From: a virus
Taxonomy: Duplodnaviria > Heunggongvirae > Uroviricota > Caudoviricetes
Virus record (IMG/VR): IMGVR_UViG_3300029914_000004
DNA length: 64,000 nt
Direction: 5' to 3' (one strand)
The notes beneath the pieces were generated by a model. That model saw nothing but the letters and a program-made list of their open reading frames with translations, did not search any database and was not told the origin of the DNA. Position 1 is the stretch's first letter. The number at the start of each line of letters is the position of its first letter. Below are positions 30,745-40,509 of this stretch, piece after piece. Made by a program: the position numbers and the translations under genes.

Positions 30745-31182
30745 ATGAATGAAAAAGCACAACTGGCTGCTGTTCAACAATATGGTCGTGCAATTGAATA
30801 CATCAGCAAGCCAAGCGAAGCTATGCAAATGGCTGCTGTTCAACAAAATGGTCGTGCAATTTACCACATCAGCAATCCAAGCGAAGCTGTGCAACTGGCT
30901 GCTGTTCAACAATATGGTCGTGCAATTGAATACATCAGCAAGCCAAGCGAAGCTGTGCAAATGGCTGCTGTTCAACAATATGGTTGGGCAATTCAATTCA
31001 TCAGCAATCCAAGCGAAGCTGTGCAACTGGTTGCTGTTCAAGAAGATGGTTGTGCAATTCAATTCATCAGCAATCCAAGCGAAGCCATGCAAATGGCTGC
31101 TATTCAACAAAATGGTTGTGCAATTAAATTCATAAAAAATCCAACAATTAATGTCAAATTAGTGGCTAAATTGCTGTCTTAA
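30745..31182 (+). CDS. 22-aa tandem-repeat protein (6 units of 66 nt), paralogue of 25318
   Basis: same repeat; near-identical C-terminus and about 40 nt of 3' flank. Confidence 0.85.
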   Translation: MNEKAQLAAVQQYGRAIEYISKPSEAMQMAAVQQNGRAIYHISNPSEAVQLAAVQQYGRAIEYISKPSEAVQMAAVQQYGWAIQFISNPSEAVQLVAVQEDGCAIQFISNPSEAMQMAAIQQNGCAIKFIKNPTINVKLVAKLLS

Positions 31183-31212
31183 AATATTCAAAACAAAGCA
31201 CTTATTTTATTA

Positions 31213-31241
31213 TTGACATTTAAACTTTAGGATGATATACT
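31213..31241 (+). promoter_or_regulatory. sigma70-type promoter
   Basis: TTGACA-N17-TATACT; preceded by AAAGCACTTATTTT also seen near 25836 and 40906. Confidence 0.85.
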
Positions 31242-31441
31242 GTATTTGCAGTCAAATTTTAGGAGGCGTTATGGAATATGAATTAGTGGAAGATATGGAT
31301 TTTGAAAATGATGTTGTTCTGTTATTTGATGAAAACAGAACTGTTGATTTCGATGAATATGACGTAAATCTTGAATATGGAGATGAACTGGCAAAGCGCG
31401 GCGTTATTTTTTTCTTAAACTACTAAACGAAAGGAAATGAA

Positions 31442-31849
31442 ATGCTGAGCGGAAGTTGGAAGCGTGGTATGGATGCTGCATCTGCTGCGGCCCTGAGTAG
31501 CAACGGGCCGCAGAAGGGATTTCGCCTTGGCGCAGCACTTTATGCTGGTTCAAATTTGCTGGCTGCTGGGCATAATTTTTGGGGAAAGACTACTCCGATT
31601 TCCTCTTTTGATTCTTACAACGGCAATGTTCACGCGGAAATCAGTACGCTTGTGAAACGTAGATATTACGATAAGTCGAACAATCTTATTCTCTATGTTT
31701 CGCGTACTACTACAAATTCGCGCCAAACAGTTGAGCAATATGGATGTTCCCGTCCGTGTAATCGTTGCATGTCTGCTATAAAAGTTGCTGGCGTTCGACG
31801 TGTTCGATTCTTTGACGAGAATGGCGAACCTGCTGAAATCAAACTTTAA
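31442..31849 (+). CDS. Zn-dependent CMP/dCMP/tRNA deaminase-superfamily protein
   Basis: GAAL...AAGHN, VHAE, SRPCNRC, AGVRRV motifs. Confidence 0.85.
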   Translation: MLSGSWKRGMDAASAAALSSNGPQKGFRLGAALYAGSNLLAAGHNFWGKTTPISSFDSYNGNVHAEISTLVKRRYYDKSNNLILYVSRTTTNSRQTVEQYGCSRPCNRCMSAIKVAGVRRVRFFDENGEPAEIKL

Positions 31850-31954
31850 CTTGTTCATTCTAAAGGTCCAAAAATGGCTAAATTGCCCCATAAACCGCTC
31901 TAAGCCTTTGGTAATGTCTAAGTACCAGAAAGCAAAAAGAATCGCTACAAAGTC

Positions 31955-32014
31955 CAAAATAAGTATAGTGTTTTCAACGAGATACAAATCATTGAAAACA
32001 CTATACTTATTTTG
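31955..32014. repeat. perfect 23-bp inverted repeat directly upstream of a TTGACA box
   Basis: CAAAATAAGTATAGTGTTTTCAA / TTGAAAACACTATACTTATTTTG with 14-nt loop. Confidence 0.9.
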
Positions 32015-32837
32015 TGCTTGACAAATAACCTAAAGTTTGGTATTCTATATTTGTTGGTGGAGAGAATATGCCAGAAGCAATAGATTGGTCGAGTCGAAGG
32101 GCGATTGCGTGACGTAAGAATGACTGATAATCTGTCACTGCAAGATGGCAACACAGATTACGCTTGGGGAAAAACTTGAATCTTTTGGCTGGTCAATTCA
32201 GATTGTAATTGCATGTAAGAATATCGTGATTGCTGAAGAACGGTTGGAAGCCCTGAAGATTGACAAGTATGGACGGAGAAAATAATGGACGAATTTTACA
32301 ATTCGCTGAAACAGTTTGTTGATGGCTGGTGTCAGAACGAAAACAATAAACGGCGAATCAGTGACAATATTAGTCGTTCCAATTATGAAATTTTTTGGCT
32401 GAAAAATGAAATTAGCAAATTGGAATTGAATCTTTCTAAAAAACCATCTACCATTCGCCAGATCAATCAATACGAGCATCAAATTTTGGAGTTGAAAGTT
32501 AAGCTGGCGTTTGATCCTTGGTATGGTGCAAAGATTCAAGAGATGGAGAATGAAAATGACTGACAAAATGTTGAAAATTCTTTTGAAAAAACTCACGCCA
32601 TTTTCTGACACTAAATAATGGTATTGTTTTGCCAATAGAAATGGATTGGCTTATTAAGAATGGAGCAAAGAATCCTTATCCAAATCAAGATAACAATTTT
32701 GGTTATTGGATTAAAGGTGTAAAGACTGGTGAAGGCAGAAGTAGCTGTTTTTATTTTATTCCGTCTGGAGAAATTTTGAAACTTCTAATCAAGTGGCATC
32801 CGAACGAACCATCATTGCTTTAAGAAAGAGAGAAAAT

Positions 32838-33221
32838 ATGTCAAATAAGATTTTTACCGCAGAGATGTTCACAGCGACGAAATGGGACACAGCACAGGAT
32901 AAAGCTGATTTTGCTAACAAGTTTGTTAGTTTTGTTGAGTCAGGGTTCAAGGAAACACTCTTCACGAAGAAATTTTATACTCGTCTTTCAAATTGTTTTG
33001 GACACATCGCGTCCTATAACAAGCTTGGATTTTATGATAAATGGTTTTCAGATTTTGATTCGCAAGTGCGATTTTTAAATAACGCATTGACTCATCCAAG
33101 CTTTGGTGATGCGTCATACACTTATTCAGATGTTGAAAGAGCATTGAAGATGATAATTACCAATCGCCAGATGATTTCAGGAATTACCACCAGAATGATT
33201 ATGGAAAAATTGATGCGATAA
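32838..33221 (+). CDS. hypothetical protein
   Basis: ORF; ends MEKLMR. Confidence 0.6.
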   Translation: MSNKIFTAEMFTATKWDTAQDKADFANKFVSFVESGFKETLFTKKFYTRLSNCFGHIASYNKLGFYDKWFSDFDSQVRFLNNALTHPSFGDASYTYSDVERALKMIITNRQMISGITTRMIMEKLMR

Positions 33222-33436
33222 TGCGCGATAAAAATTGCAAAATATTAAAAGCAAATGACTATATTTTAATACATTTTTCATCCCAAGATGTATTGGCTCA
33301 AGTTATTGAGCCACAATCTAACAAGTTTAATCAAGCATGGTGCAGAATTCATAATGGCAATCAAACAATTATTGCTTTGAGTGCGTGTAGTTTAATTACA
33401 GAAAACGATGCACTAATTTGGAAGCTGGCGCAATGA
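33221..33436 (+). CDS. family B small protein
   Basis: MRDKNCKILKAND...DALIWKLAQ. Confidence 0.7.
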   Translation: MRDKNCKILKANDYILIHFSSQDVLAQVIEPQSNKFNQAWCRIHNGNQTIIALSACSLITENDALIWKLAQ

Positions 33437-33657
33437 CAGATAAAAATGGAACAAAGTTAAAAAATGGAGATTGGGTTAAAACATCACGTTGGCAAGAAGG
33501 TTGCTATGTTACAATAATGGGAAAAATTATAAAAATTATATACTTTGACAATCTTGCTATTATACAAGACGATAAAGGTTTTATGATTCGTAGAGTCAGT
33601 AATGAAATTGAATTGGCCACAATGGACGAAATGTTAATCTATAAGTTGGAGAGATAA
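33433..33657 (+). CDS. family B small protein
   Basis: MTDKNGTKLKNGDW...EMLIYKLER. Confidence 0.7.
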   Translation: MTDKNGTKLKNGDWVKTSRWQEGCYVTIMGKIIKIIYFDNLAIIQDDKGFMIRRVSNEIELATMDEMLIYKLER

Positions 33658-33888
33658 ATGTTAGATCGCTGCGGAAAAGAATTAAAAGTTGGAGATTGTA
33701 TACGATTTTCTCCTAATCCTGCACACGATACTTTTGATGAAATTTCTTTTATATATAAAATATATACGCAGCGTTCAATGAAAGACGCGGCTATATTTAA
33801 ATATAAAGATGTATTATATGCCAGAAATTCATGCGAAATAGAAAAAATTACCAATGAGGAGGCATTAATTTGGAAATTAGAAAGATAG
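33658..33888 (+). CDS. family B small protein
   Basis: MLDRCGKELKVGD...EALIWKLER. Confidence 0.7.
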   Translation: MLDRCGKELKVGDCIRFSPNPAHDTFDEISFIYKIYTQRSMKDAAIFKYKDVLYARNSCEIEKITNEEALIWKLER

Positions 33889-34103
33889 ATTGCTATAAAA
33901 AGCCAATAAGAATTGGAGATTATGTTTTATATTTTGGATTTAACGCAGTGGGAATAGTTATAGATTCAATTTCTTGCTACAACGATGAATCGTGTGTTTC
34001 ATTCTTTGGAGAAAATTACAACAACAAACTTTATTGGTTGGCATCATCGCAATTAAAAATAATTACCAAAAATGAAGCTTTAATTTGTATATTGGAAAAT
34101 TAA
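33870..34103 (+). CDS. family B small protein
   Basis: IDCYKKPIRIGDY...EALICILEN; start uncertain (ATA 33885?). Confidence 0.6.
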   Translation: MEIRKIDCYKKPIRIGDYVLYFGFNAVGIVIDSISCYNDESCVSFFGENYNNKLYWLASSQLKIITKNEALICILEN

Positions 34104-34112
34104 GAAAATTAT

Positions 34113-34343
34113 ATGACAGACAAAAACGGAAAAGAATTAAAAGTTGGAGATTATGCTTGGTTTTCAATAGAAAAAATTGAAACCAAATATGATAAAATTT
34201 TAATTAAACTTACCAAAGACAACTCAACTAATTATGACTGTTTATATAGTCTTGGCGAAACTCTAAGAAAAGGTGTAGCACGACCAGAATATTGCACGTT
34301 GGCAACATTAGACGAAGTGCTGATTTATAAGTTGGAAAGATAA
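34113..34343 (+). CDS. family B small protein
   Basis: MTDKNGKELKVGDY...EVLIYKLER. Confidence 0.7.
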   Translation: MTDKNGKELKVGDYAWFSIEKIETKYDKILIKLTKDNSTNYDCLYSLGETLRKGVARPEYCTLATLDEVLIYKLER

Positions 34344-34545
34344 TGAAAGACAAAAACGGAAAAGAATTAAAAGTAGGTGATTGGATTATTTTTCTGGAGG
34401 AATAGAACAGATCAGAGGTTTCTCTAGTATTGATTACAACTTAATAGCAATAATTAATATTGGGATATATACTACATGGAGATTTGGAGAGGAAATTTGG
34501 CTTGCTGAGAATGATGAAATATTAATACACAAATTGGAGGCATGA
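34343..34545 (+). pseudogene. family B gene frameshifted in a T5 run
   Basis: MKDKNGKELKVGDWIIF then continues in another frame to EILIHKLEA*; adding one T at 34389-34393 restores the frame. Confidence 0.65.
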
Positions 34546-34642
34546 TGAAATATAGAACTGATGAGCGTATTAAATAATGATGATTATGGTTGGCACTTAT
34601 TTTTCACTTGACTTTACTCTTAAAGTTTGATATCATTTTTAT

Positions 34643-35652
34643 ATGAAGAAATTATTTCAAACATTATATGGGTCATCTTTGTATGGAACAGCCACAGCTA
34701 ATTCTGACATAGACATCAAGGTTATTATTCTTCCTTCTTTAGATGATTTATTGCTAGGAATTTCTCCCAAGAATAAAGTCAAAAACAATAATAAAAAGTT
34801 TGGAGAAAAAAACACTGCTGAAAACATTGATATTGAGGAAATTCCATTACATATGTTTGCTAAAGATTTTATGGAAGGACAATCTTATGCAATTGAGTTA
34901 GCTTTCGCAGTTGAATGTGTTGATGCTGAACAAGCAATTTACGATGGAAGATTTCCAAAATTTGTTTCAGAATTAAGAAGTAAATTTTTGACTTCAAATA
35001 TTTTTGCTATTTGTGGTTATAGTTTGCATCAGGCGAATCTATATTCTGATAAAGGCGATAGATTGTGCGCTGCTTTTGAAGCTGAAAAATTGTATTCTGA
35101 ATTTCCACTATTGGATAAAATTTCAGATCATTCTGAAAACTTCAATAAAGAGGCAAATATTGTTCAGAATAAATTTCCTAAATATTTTCAAGTGACTGAA
35201 TATGCAGTTGACGCAACCAAAACTGTAATGCGCCCATGCGTTAAACTTCTTGAAAAGACTCTTCCATATTCAAATACTTTTGAAACAAACCTTGCAACTA
35301 TCAAAAAGCAGATTGGAAAGTTTGGTACAAGAGCCAAAGCCGCTTCTCTATCTGGCGCAGACTGGAAGGCAATTTCTCATAGTTTGAGAATTGTAAATGA
35401 AGGAATTGAGTTGCTTTCTGGAAAAAATTGATATATCCATATCCTAAAGAATATTGTGAATATCTGCTTAGTATTAAGCGCGGAGAACATTCAATTGAAG
35501 AAATTTCTGCCTTAATTAGTGATGGAGTTGATAAATTGAAAACTTTGTCTTTGAGTTCTAAATTGCCTGAATGCAATGCAGAACTTACAGAAAAATTCAA
35601 TATTTGGTTTTTGGAATGGTTGAAGAAATTTTACAGTTTGAAGGATTGTTGA
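34643..35652 (+). CDS. Pol-beta-superfamily nucleotidyltransferase (RlaP/PF10127-like), split by a -1 frameshift
   Basis: YGSSLYGT....SDID motif; ORFs 34643-35431 and 35428-35652 join at the A6 run 35422-35427. Confidence 0.7.
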
Positions 35653-35846
35653 CATTTCTTCTAGATTGTGGTATACTAATTATGAAAGGATTATATGACT
35701 AGTGCAACAGATTTCTATTTCAAGATTGACAAAGGCACTTTTTATTTTCCAATTATAAGCGAAGAAATTTCTTTTGATTTGGAAGATATAATGGCTTTCG
35801 CAGAAGCATATGCAAAATATGTAATTGAAGAGAAAGAAGGAAAATA

Positions 35847-36833
35847 ATGACTCCTGATTATGGAATAATTTGCGGCAGATTTCAGATACCAGAGTTGCAT
35901 GATGGCCACAGAGCATTGCTCAATGCTGTTGGGCAGTTGCATCCTAGAGTAATTGTATTCATTGGATGTGTTCCTGCTGGTGTGGCACCGACAAAAAATG
36001 ATCCTCTTGATTTTGATACCCGCCGACGGATGGTTCAACAGTTGTATCCAAGTTATGAAGTGTATCCAATTCATAATCGCAAGAGTGATGAACTATGGAG
36101 CGCAGATTTGGATCGACTAATTACTGAAAGAGTTCCATATGGAAAAGCAACATTGTATGGAAGTCGAGACAGTTTTGCTAAGAGTTACACTGGAAAGCGT
36201 AAAGTTGTTGAATTGACACTGGCTGTTTCCAGAAATATTTCTGGAACTGATTTGAGAAATGAAATTGCGAATGTGGTGCAGGACAGTCCAGCATTCCGAG
36301 CAGGAATTATTTATGGACAGTTGAACACGTTTGATCGCGTTATACCCACAGTTGATATTGCGATTATTCATCGAGGACTTCCAAAAATTGATGGAGTATC
36401 CAAAAATGATAACGGCGATACATACGTTGTAAATCCAACATGCGGGATTGAACTTCTGTTGGCAAAACGAGCAGATGAAGCTGGCTGGAGATTTCCTGGT
36501 GGTCACGCTATGGGGAAAAATCGCCCGCAGAATCAGAGCTATGAACACGATGCAAATATGGAAAGTTACGAGGAAACAGCAAGCTATCCTGAAAATTTGA
36601 AGTATATTGGAAGCACCCAGATTGATGATTGGCGTTATAAGGACACCCCTGAATCTATTAAAACTGTTTTCTTTCTTGGCGAAGTTATGACATTGGCAAG
36701 TGTTGGAGGAGATGATATTGCTACAACACGATTCTTCCCAATTGAAAAAGTAAGTGAAGAAATGTTTGAGCCAGAACATAAAATATTATTCAATATGTTA
36801 ATGAATTATTTAAAGAAGGAAAAGTATTTATAG
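35847..36833 (+). CDS. bifunctional NMN adenylyltransferase / Nudix hydrolase (NadM-Nudix type)
   Basis: GRFQ..ELHDGH, NDPLDFDTR, YGSRDSF, ISGT.LR; C-terminal Nudix box WRFPGG...ESYEET and GGDDI. Confidence 0.9.
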   Translation: MTPDYGIICGRFQIPELHDGHRALLNAVGQLHPRVIVFIGCVPAGVAPTKNDPLDFDTRRRMVQQLYPSYEVYPIHNRKSDELWSADLDRLITERVPYGKATLYGSRDSFAKSYTGKRKVVELTLAVSRNISGTDLRNEIANVVQDSPAFRAGIIYGQLNTFDRVIPTVDIAIIHRGLPKIDGVSKNDNGDTYVVNPTCGIELLLAKRADEAGWRFPGGHAMGKNRPQNQSYEHDANMESYEETASYPENLKYIGSTQIDDWRYKDTPESIKTVFFLGEVMTLASVGGDDIATTRFFPIEKVSEEMFEPEHKILFNMLMNYLKKEKYL

Positions 36834-36868
36834 TGCAGCAGTAAGTGAAATTATTGAAAGTCTAGAAG

Positions 36869-37054
36869 ATGAAAGAAATCTCTGATAAAGAAAAGAAAAT
36901 TTATTTAAAATTCTGTGATTGGGATATTGGACCAAAAAATTATTATTCTGGCCCTGCATATTATATTCATCCTGATACAACCAAATTTATGTTTATTGAT
37001 AATGCTTTCAATTATCAAATGCAATTGGATGGGCACGATGAAATATCCAAGTAA
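36869..37054 (+). CDS. small protein, tandem paralogue 1
   Basis: KIYLKFCDW...AFNYQMQLDG. Confidence 0.55.
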   Translation: MKEISDKEKKIYLKFCDWDIGPKNYYSGPAYYIHPDTTKFMFIDNAFNYQMQLDGHDEISK

Positions 37055-37241
37055 AGAAGAAATGAAAATTTACTTAAAATTTTGTGGATGGTGGGAATTA
37101 AATAATGATGAGTGGTTTCCTATTCCTTTATTGTTTCCGCCAAATCCAGAGCCAAGCGAAGCTACTGGATTTTACACAATTTTAGAAGCATTTAAATGGC
37201 AAATGAAAAAAGATGGGCAACTTGACAATTTAGACCAATAA
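37038..37241 (+). CDS. small protein, tandem paralogue 2
   Basis: KIYLKFCGW...AFKWQMKKDG. Confidence 0.55.
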   Translation: MKYPSKEEMKIYLKFCGWWELNNDEWFPIPLLFPPNPEPSEATGFYTILEAFKWQMKKDGQLDNLDQ

Positions 37242-37276
37242 TGATATACTAAGAACATAGAAAAAGGAGATTCAAA

Positions 37277-38695
37277 ATGCCGAGGCCGCTCGTAATTAAC
37301 CCACTTTTAGACGATGATAGTTATAAAAAAACTCACCCAAAAATGCTTCCAGATAATTTAACTGAGGCAATGAATTATTATTGTAATCGCGGAGGAATTT
37401 ATAGCGAAGCTGTGTTTTTTGGTCTTCAGTATCAGTTAATCTCTGAATTTGAAGGGAAGTTTTTCACTCAGGAAAATCTTGATGAAGCATATGCAGATAG
37501 CCAGATTCATTTTTATGATGGATTTCCTTATCCTAAAGAACAGTGGCAGTATATATTAGACAAATATGATGGAAGATTGCCTATTGAAATTAAAGCCATC
37601 AAAGAAGGACAGCCATTTAATATCTCCAATGATGGAGTAAATACTGTTGTATTTACAGTAGAAAGTACTGATGAAAAATGTGCATGGCTCCCAGGATGGT
37701 GCGAAACTCGTTTAATGCGTAATTGGTATGGTAGTATTGTTGCTACTCAGAGTCGAGAAGTTAAAAAATTGGCCAAGGAATATTTGACATTAACGGCTGA
37801 TTCTTATAATTCTCTTCCATTTATGTTGCATGATTTTGGAGGTAGAGCAGTATCTTGTACTCATCAGGCTGCACTCGGAGGCGCGGCTCATCTTATTAAT
37901 TTTAAAGGAACTGATACTGGAATTGCTATGAGTCTTTTGCATCAGTATTATGATGCACCACGAGTTTCTGCTTATAGCGTTCCTGCTTCTGAACATTTTG
38001 TTATGACTATGGAAGGACCAGAAGGAGAAAGAAGTGTAACTGGAAGAATTCTTGGAGTATATAAAGATGCTCCAATCGTAAGTATTGTTATTGATAGTTA
38101 TGATGATGAATATTTTGTTCGTGAAATTCTTGGTGGGACATTTCGTGACCAGATTTTACATGGAAAGAGCAAAATTGTTGCAAGACCTGATTCTGGCGAT
38201 CCAGAAATTAAAGTTCCAATTCTTTTGAATATCCTTGGTGATAGATTTGGTTATACCATCAATAACAAAGGATTCAAAGTTTTGAGCCCTTGTGTTGGCA
38301 TTCTTTGGGGAGATGGAATGGATATTTTTAGTATTCGCAAATTATATGAAGCTTTGCGTCTTGCTGGGTGGAGTGTTGAAAATACTGTAGTTGGAATGGG
38401 TGGCGGTTTATTACAGAAAATTAATCGAGATACGAGTCGAGCCGCGATGAAATTTTGTAATATTGTTTTAAATGGAGTAGATACACCAGTGTATAAAAAA
38501 CCAAAAGATGATCCATTCAAAGCCAGCTTTGCTGGAAGGCCAGCATTGGTTTATAGTGAAGCAACTGGTTTATATAGAACGGTTAAAGATAATGGAAATG
38601 GAGTATATGGAAATTGTCTTGAATTGGTTTTTAGAAACGGAAAAGTTCTTCGTCATCAGACATTGGAAGAAATTCGTCAGTTGGCTGATGTATAA
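37277..38695 (+). CDS. nadV: nicotinamide phosphoribosyltransferase (NAMPT)
   Basis: DSYKKTH, FFGLQY, LHDFGGR, GGAAHL.NFKGTD, SVPASEH, SIVIDSYD, RPDSGDP, GDG, GMGGGLLQK..RDT. Confidence 0.95.
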   Translation: MPRPLVINPLLDDDSYKKTHPKMLPDNLTEAMNYYCNRGGIYSEAVFFGLQYQLISEFEGKFFTQENLDEAYADSQIHFYDGFPYPKEQWQYILDKYDGRLPIEIKAIKEGQPFNISNDGVNTVVFTVESTDEKCAWLPGWCETRLMRNWYGSIVATQSREVKKLAKEYLTLTADSYNSLPFMLHDFGGRAVSCTHQAALGGAAHLINFKGTDTGIAMSLLHQYYDAPRVSAYSVPASEHFVMTMEGPEGERSVTGRILGVYKDAPIVSIVIDSYDDEYFVREILGGTFRDQILHGKSKIVARPDSGDPEIKVPILLNILGDRFGYTINNKGFKVLSPCVGILWGDGMDIFSIRKLYEALRLAGWSVENTVVGMGGGLLQKINRDTSRAAMKFCNIVLNGVDTPVYKKPKDDPFKASFAGRPALVYSEATGLYRTVKDNGNGVYGNCLELVFRNGKVLRHQTLEEIRQLADV

Positions 38696-38770
38696 TTGCC
38701 AGAATAAAGTGGTAACGCTATTGGTGTTAAGATTGACAGCGGATTCTTAGGAAACTTGGAGGAAAAATAA

Positions 38771-38950
38771 ATGCACCCTTATGACCAGCTAGTAAAGGAT
38801 ATGCTTGCTTGGGTGCATGAGCAAAGCACACCTAAATGTTCGTGGTGCGAAAGACAATTCGCTGTTAGTCAAGGTTTTTGCTCTCAGAACTGCTGCAACG
38901 AACAAAGAGAATACGAACGTAAGCACGGTATTGCAGCCGATACTCTGTAA
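38771..38950 (+). CDS. 59-aa Zn-finger-like protein (CxxC...FCS..C)
   Basis: below ORF-track cutoff; GGAGG RBS; CSWC, FCSQNC. Confidence 0.55.
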   Translation: MHPYDQLVKDMLAWVHEQSTPKCSWCERQFAVSQGFCSQNCCNEQREYERKHGIAADTL

Positions 38951-38979
38951 GGTATCACTGAATGTATTAAAATAATTTT

Positions 38980-39129
38980 GGCTAGGCCAGTCTTCAGAGA
39001 TTGGCTCTCTGATCGCAGTTGCTGACGGCAGAGTGACATAATATAGAGGGGTTCATACATAAAATCCTTGCAACAGGAAAAGATATGGATGAGTATATAA
39101 AGATGGTTAAACTCCATCCCTAGCCACCA
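38980..39129 (+). ncRNA. 150-nt tRNA-like RNA candidate with 7-bp acceptor and ACCA end
   Basis: GGCTAGG/CCTAGCC-ACCA enclosing several hairpins. Confidence 0.5.
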
Positions 39130-39147
39130 AATTTATAAAGGAAAAAT

Positions 39148-39345
39148 ATGAAATTTATACCAAACTATTCAAAGGCCCCAGACATTGGCGAAGAAAAGAT
39201 TAAGAGAAAATTTATAATTTTTCCTCGCCAATGCCCAATGACTGGGACATATTATTTTCTGCAAACTTGCACATTTCACTATAAATATGGCTCATTTTGT
39301 AGCGATACCAATGATTATTGGTATCTAGTAAAAATTACTGATTAA
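39148..39345 (+). CDS. small protein, paralogue of 39791
   Basis: F..FP..CPM.GT.Y.L. Confidence 0.55.
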   Translation: MKFIPNYSKAPDIGEEKIKRKFIIFPRQCPMTGTYYFLQTCTFHYKYGSFCSDTNDYWYLVKITD

Positions 39346-39358
39346 GAAAGGCAAAATT

Positions 39359-39577
39359 ATGATGTGTAATTCATGTGGAAGCATAAGAATATTGGAAGTA
39401 TCTGGAAAAGTTTCAGATGCGTGTTTTATTACTTTTGCAAATGAGGAGCATGATGGATATGTTCCTTATAATTTAAGAATTGGAGGCGGGGATTATTTAG
39501 AATTTAATCTCTGTATGGAGTGTGGGAAAGTGCAAGGAAAATTTCCAGTTGCTGAAGTGAATCTTGAAGGAAGATAA
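39359..39577 (+). CDS. small Zn-ribbon protein
   Basis: CNSCGS...CMECGKVQG. Confidence 0.6.
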   Translation: MMCNSCGSIRILEVSGKVSDACFITFANEEHDGYVPYNLRIGGGDYLEFNLCMECGKVQGKFPVAEVNLEGR

Positions 39578-39790
39578 GAAATTAACTATGATTTCGCTGA
39601 GCCCTCAATTGTGGCTGCCGTTTTATAGAAGAAATAAAGATGGAACTATTGTATTTAATGGTTCTATTGGTTGTTTAACAGATGATTGTAAATACTGGAA
39701 TGATAAAAGTTGTAATCCAGGAGTTAAAGACAATAATCCAGATTTATGTAAATTGCCACAAGATCCTTGGTGGCCAGATTGGAGTAAATT

Positions 39791-40006
39791 ATGAGATGGA
39801 AAGCACAAAAGAATATAAAAATTGGAACAGTTAGAATATTTCATCATTTTGCACTTTTTCCTATAACTTGCCCAATGAGTGGCACTACTTATTGGTTGGA
39901 ATGGGTTAATGTTTCTCAACAAATGGATTGCCCTCTTAAATGGGATTCTATAGGATTTAAGAATGATAATAGCAAAAAATATTGGAAAGTAGTTAAAATA
40001 AATTAG
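39791..40006 (+). CDS. small protein, paralogue of 39148
   Basis: FALFPITCPMSGTTYWL. Confidence 0.55.
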   Translation: MRWKAQKNIKIGTVRIFHHFALFPITCPMSGTTYWLEWVNVSQQMDCPLKWDSIGFKNDNSKKYWKVVKIN

Positions 40007-40335
40007 GAGAATTATGAATTATTGGATAATTATTATTCCAACAGTTGAAACATTTGTTTTCTATGGATGGGAAAGAGAAGCATTTTTTGAAACTGAGAAT
40101 AAATCAAAATGGTATAATGTTAAAGGAAAATATAAACTTGCAGATAAAAAAGATCCCAAAGATTTTGAAATGGTTCAATTGGAAATCATAGGATCGCAGC
40201 AAGATAGAAAAGCGCAATCTGATATTCCTTATATGCCAAGAGAGGGATGGTTTTAAATGATTAAGTGGGAGATAAATATTTTAAAATAATTTTGCATTTA
40301 TTAAAAATTTACAAATTCTCAGGATAAATAAATAT

Positions 40336-40509
40336 ATGAAGAGCATGATTACAACTGATACAATTTCTAAAAATATTTTACGAGAAGTGAAATATGATGC
40401 TACAGGAAATGTTATTACTAATGGAGAATTTATTACAGTGAAAGACGGCGGGCAAATATTAAATCAAAATAAATTTGCAGCCGCTGATAAATTCGGAGTA
40501 TATTTGTAA
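40336..40509 (+). CDS. 57-aa late-type ORF
   Basis: TAAATA just upstream; followed by terminator-like hairpin. Confidence 0.4.
   Translation: MKSMITTDTISKNILREVKYDATGNVITNGEFITVKDGGQILNQNKFAAADKFGVYL

Noticed and set aside
25318-31182. Diversity-generating retroelement explanation for the 66-nt repeat variation
   Set aside because: Silent adenines (CAA, GCA, CCA, GAA) are invariant, some changes are not at A positions, and no reverse transcriptase or non-coding template repeat is present in the window.
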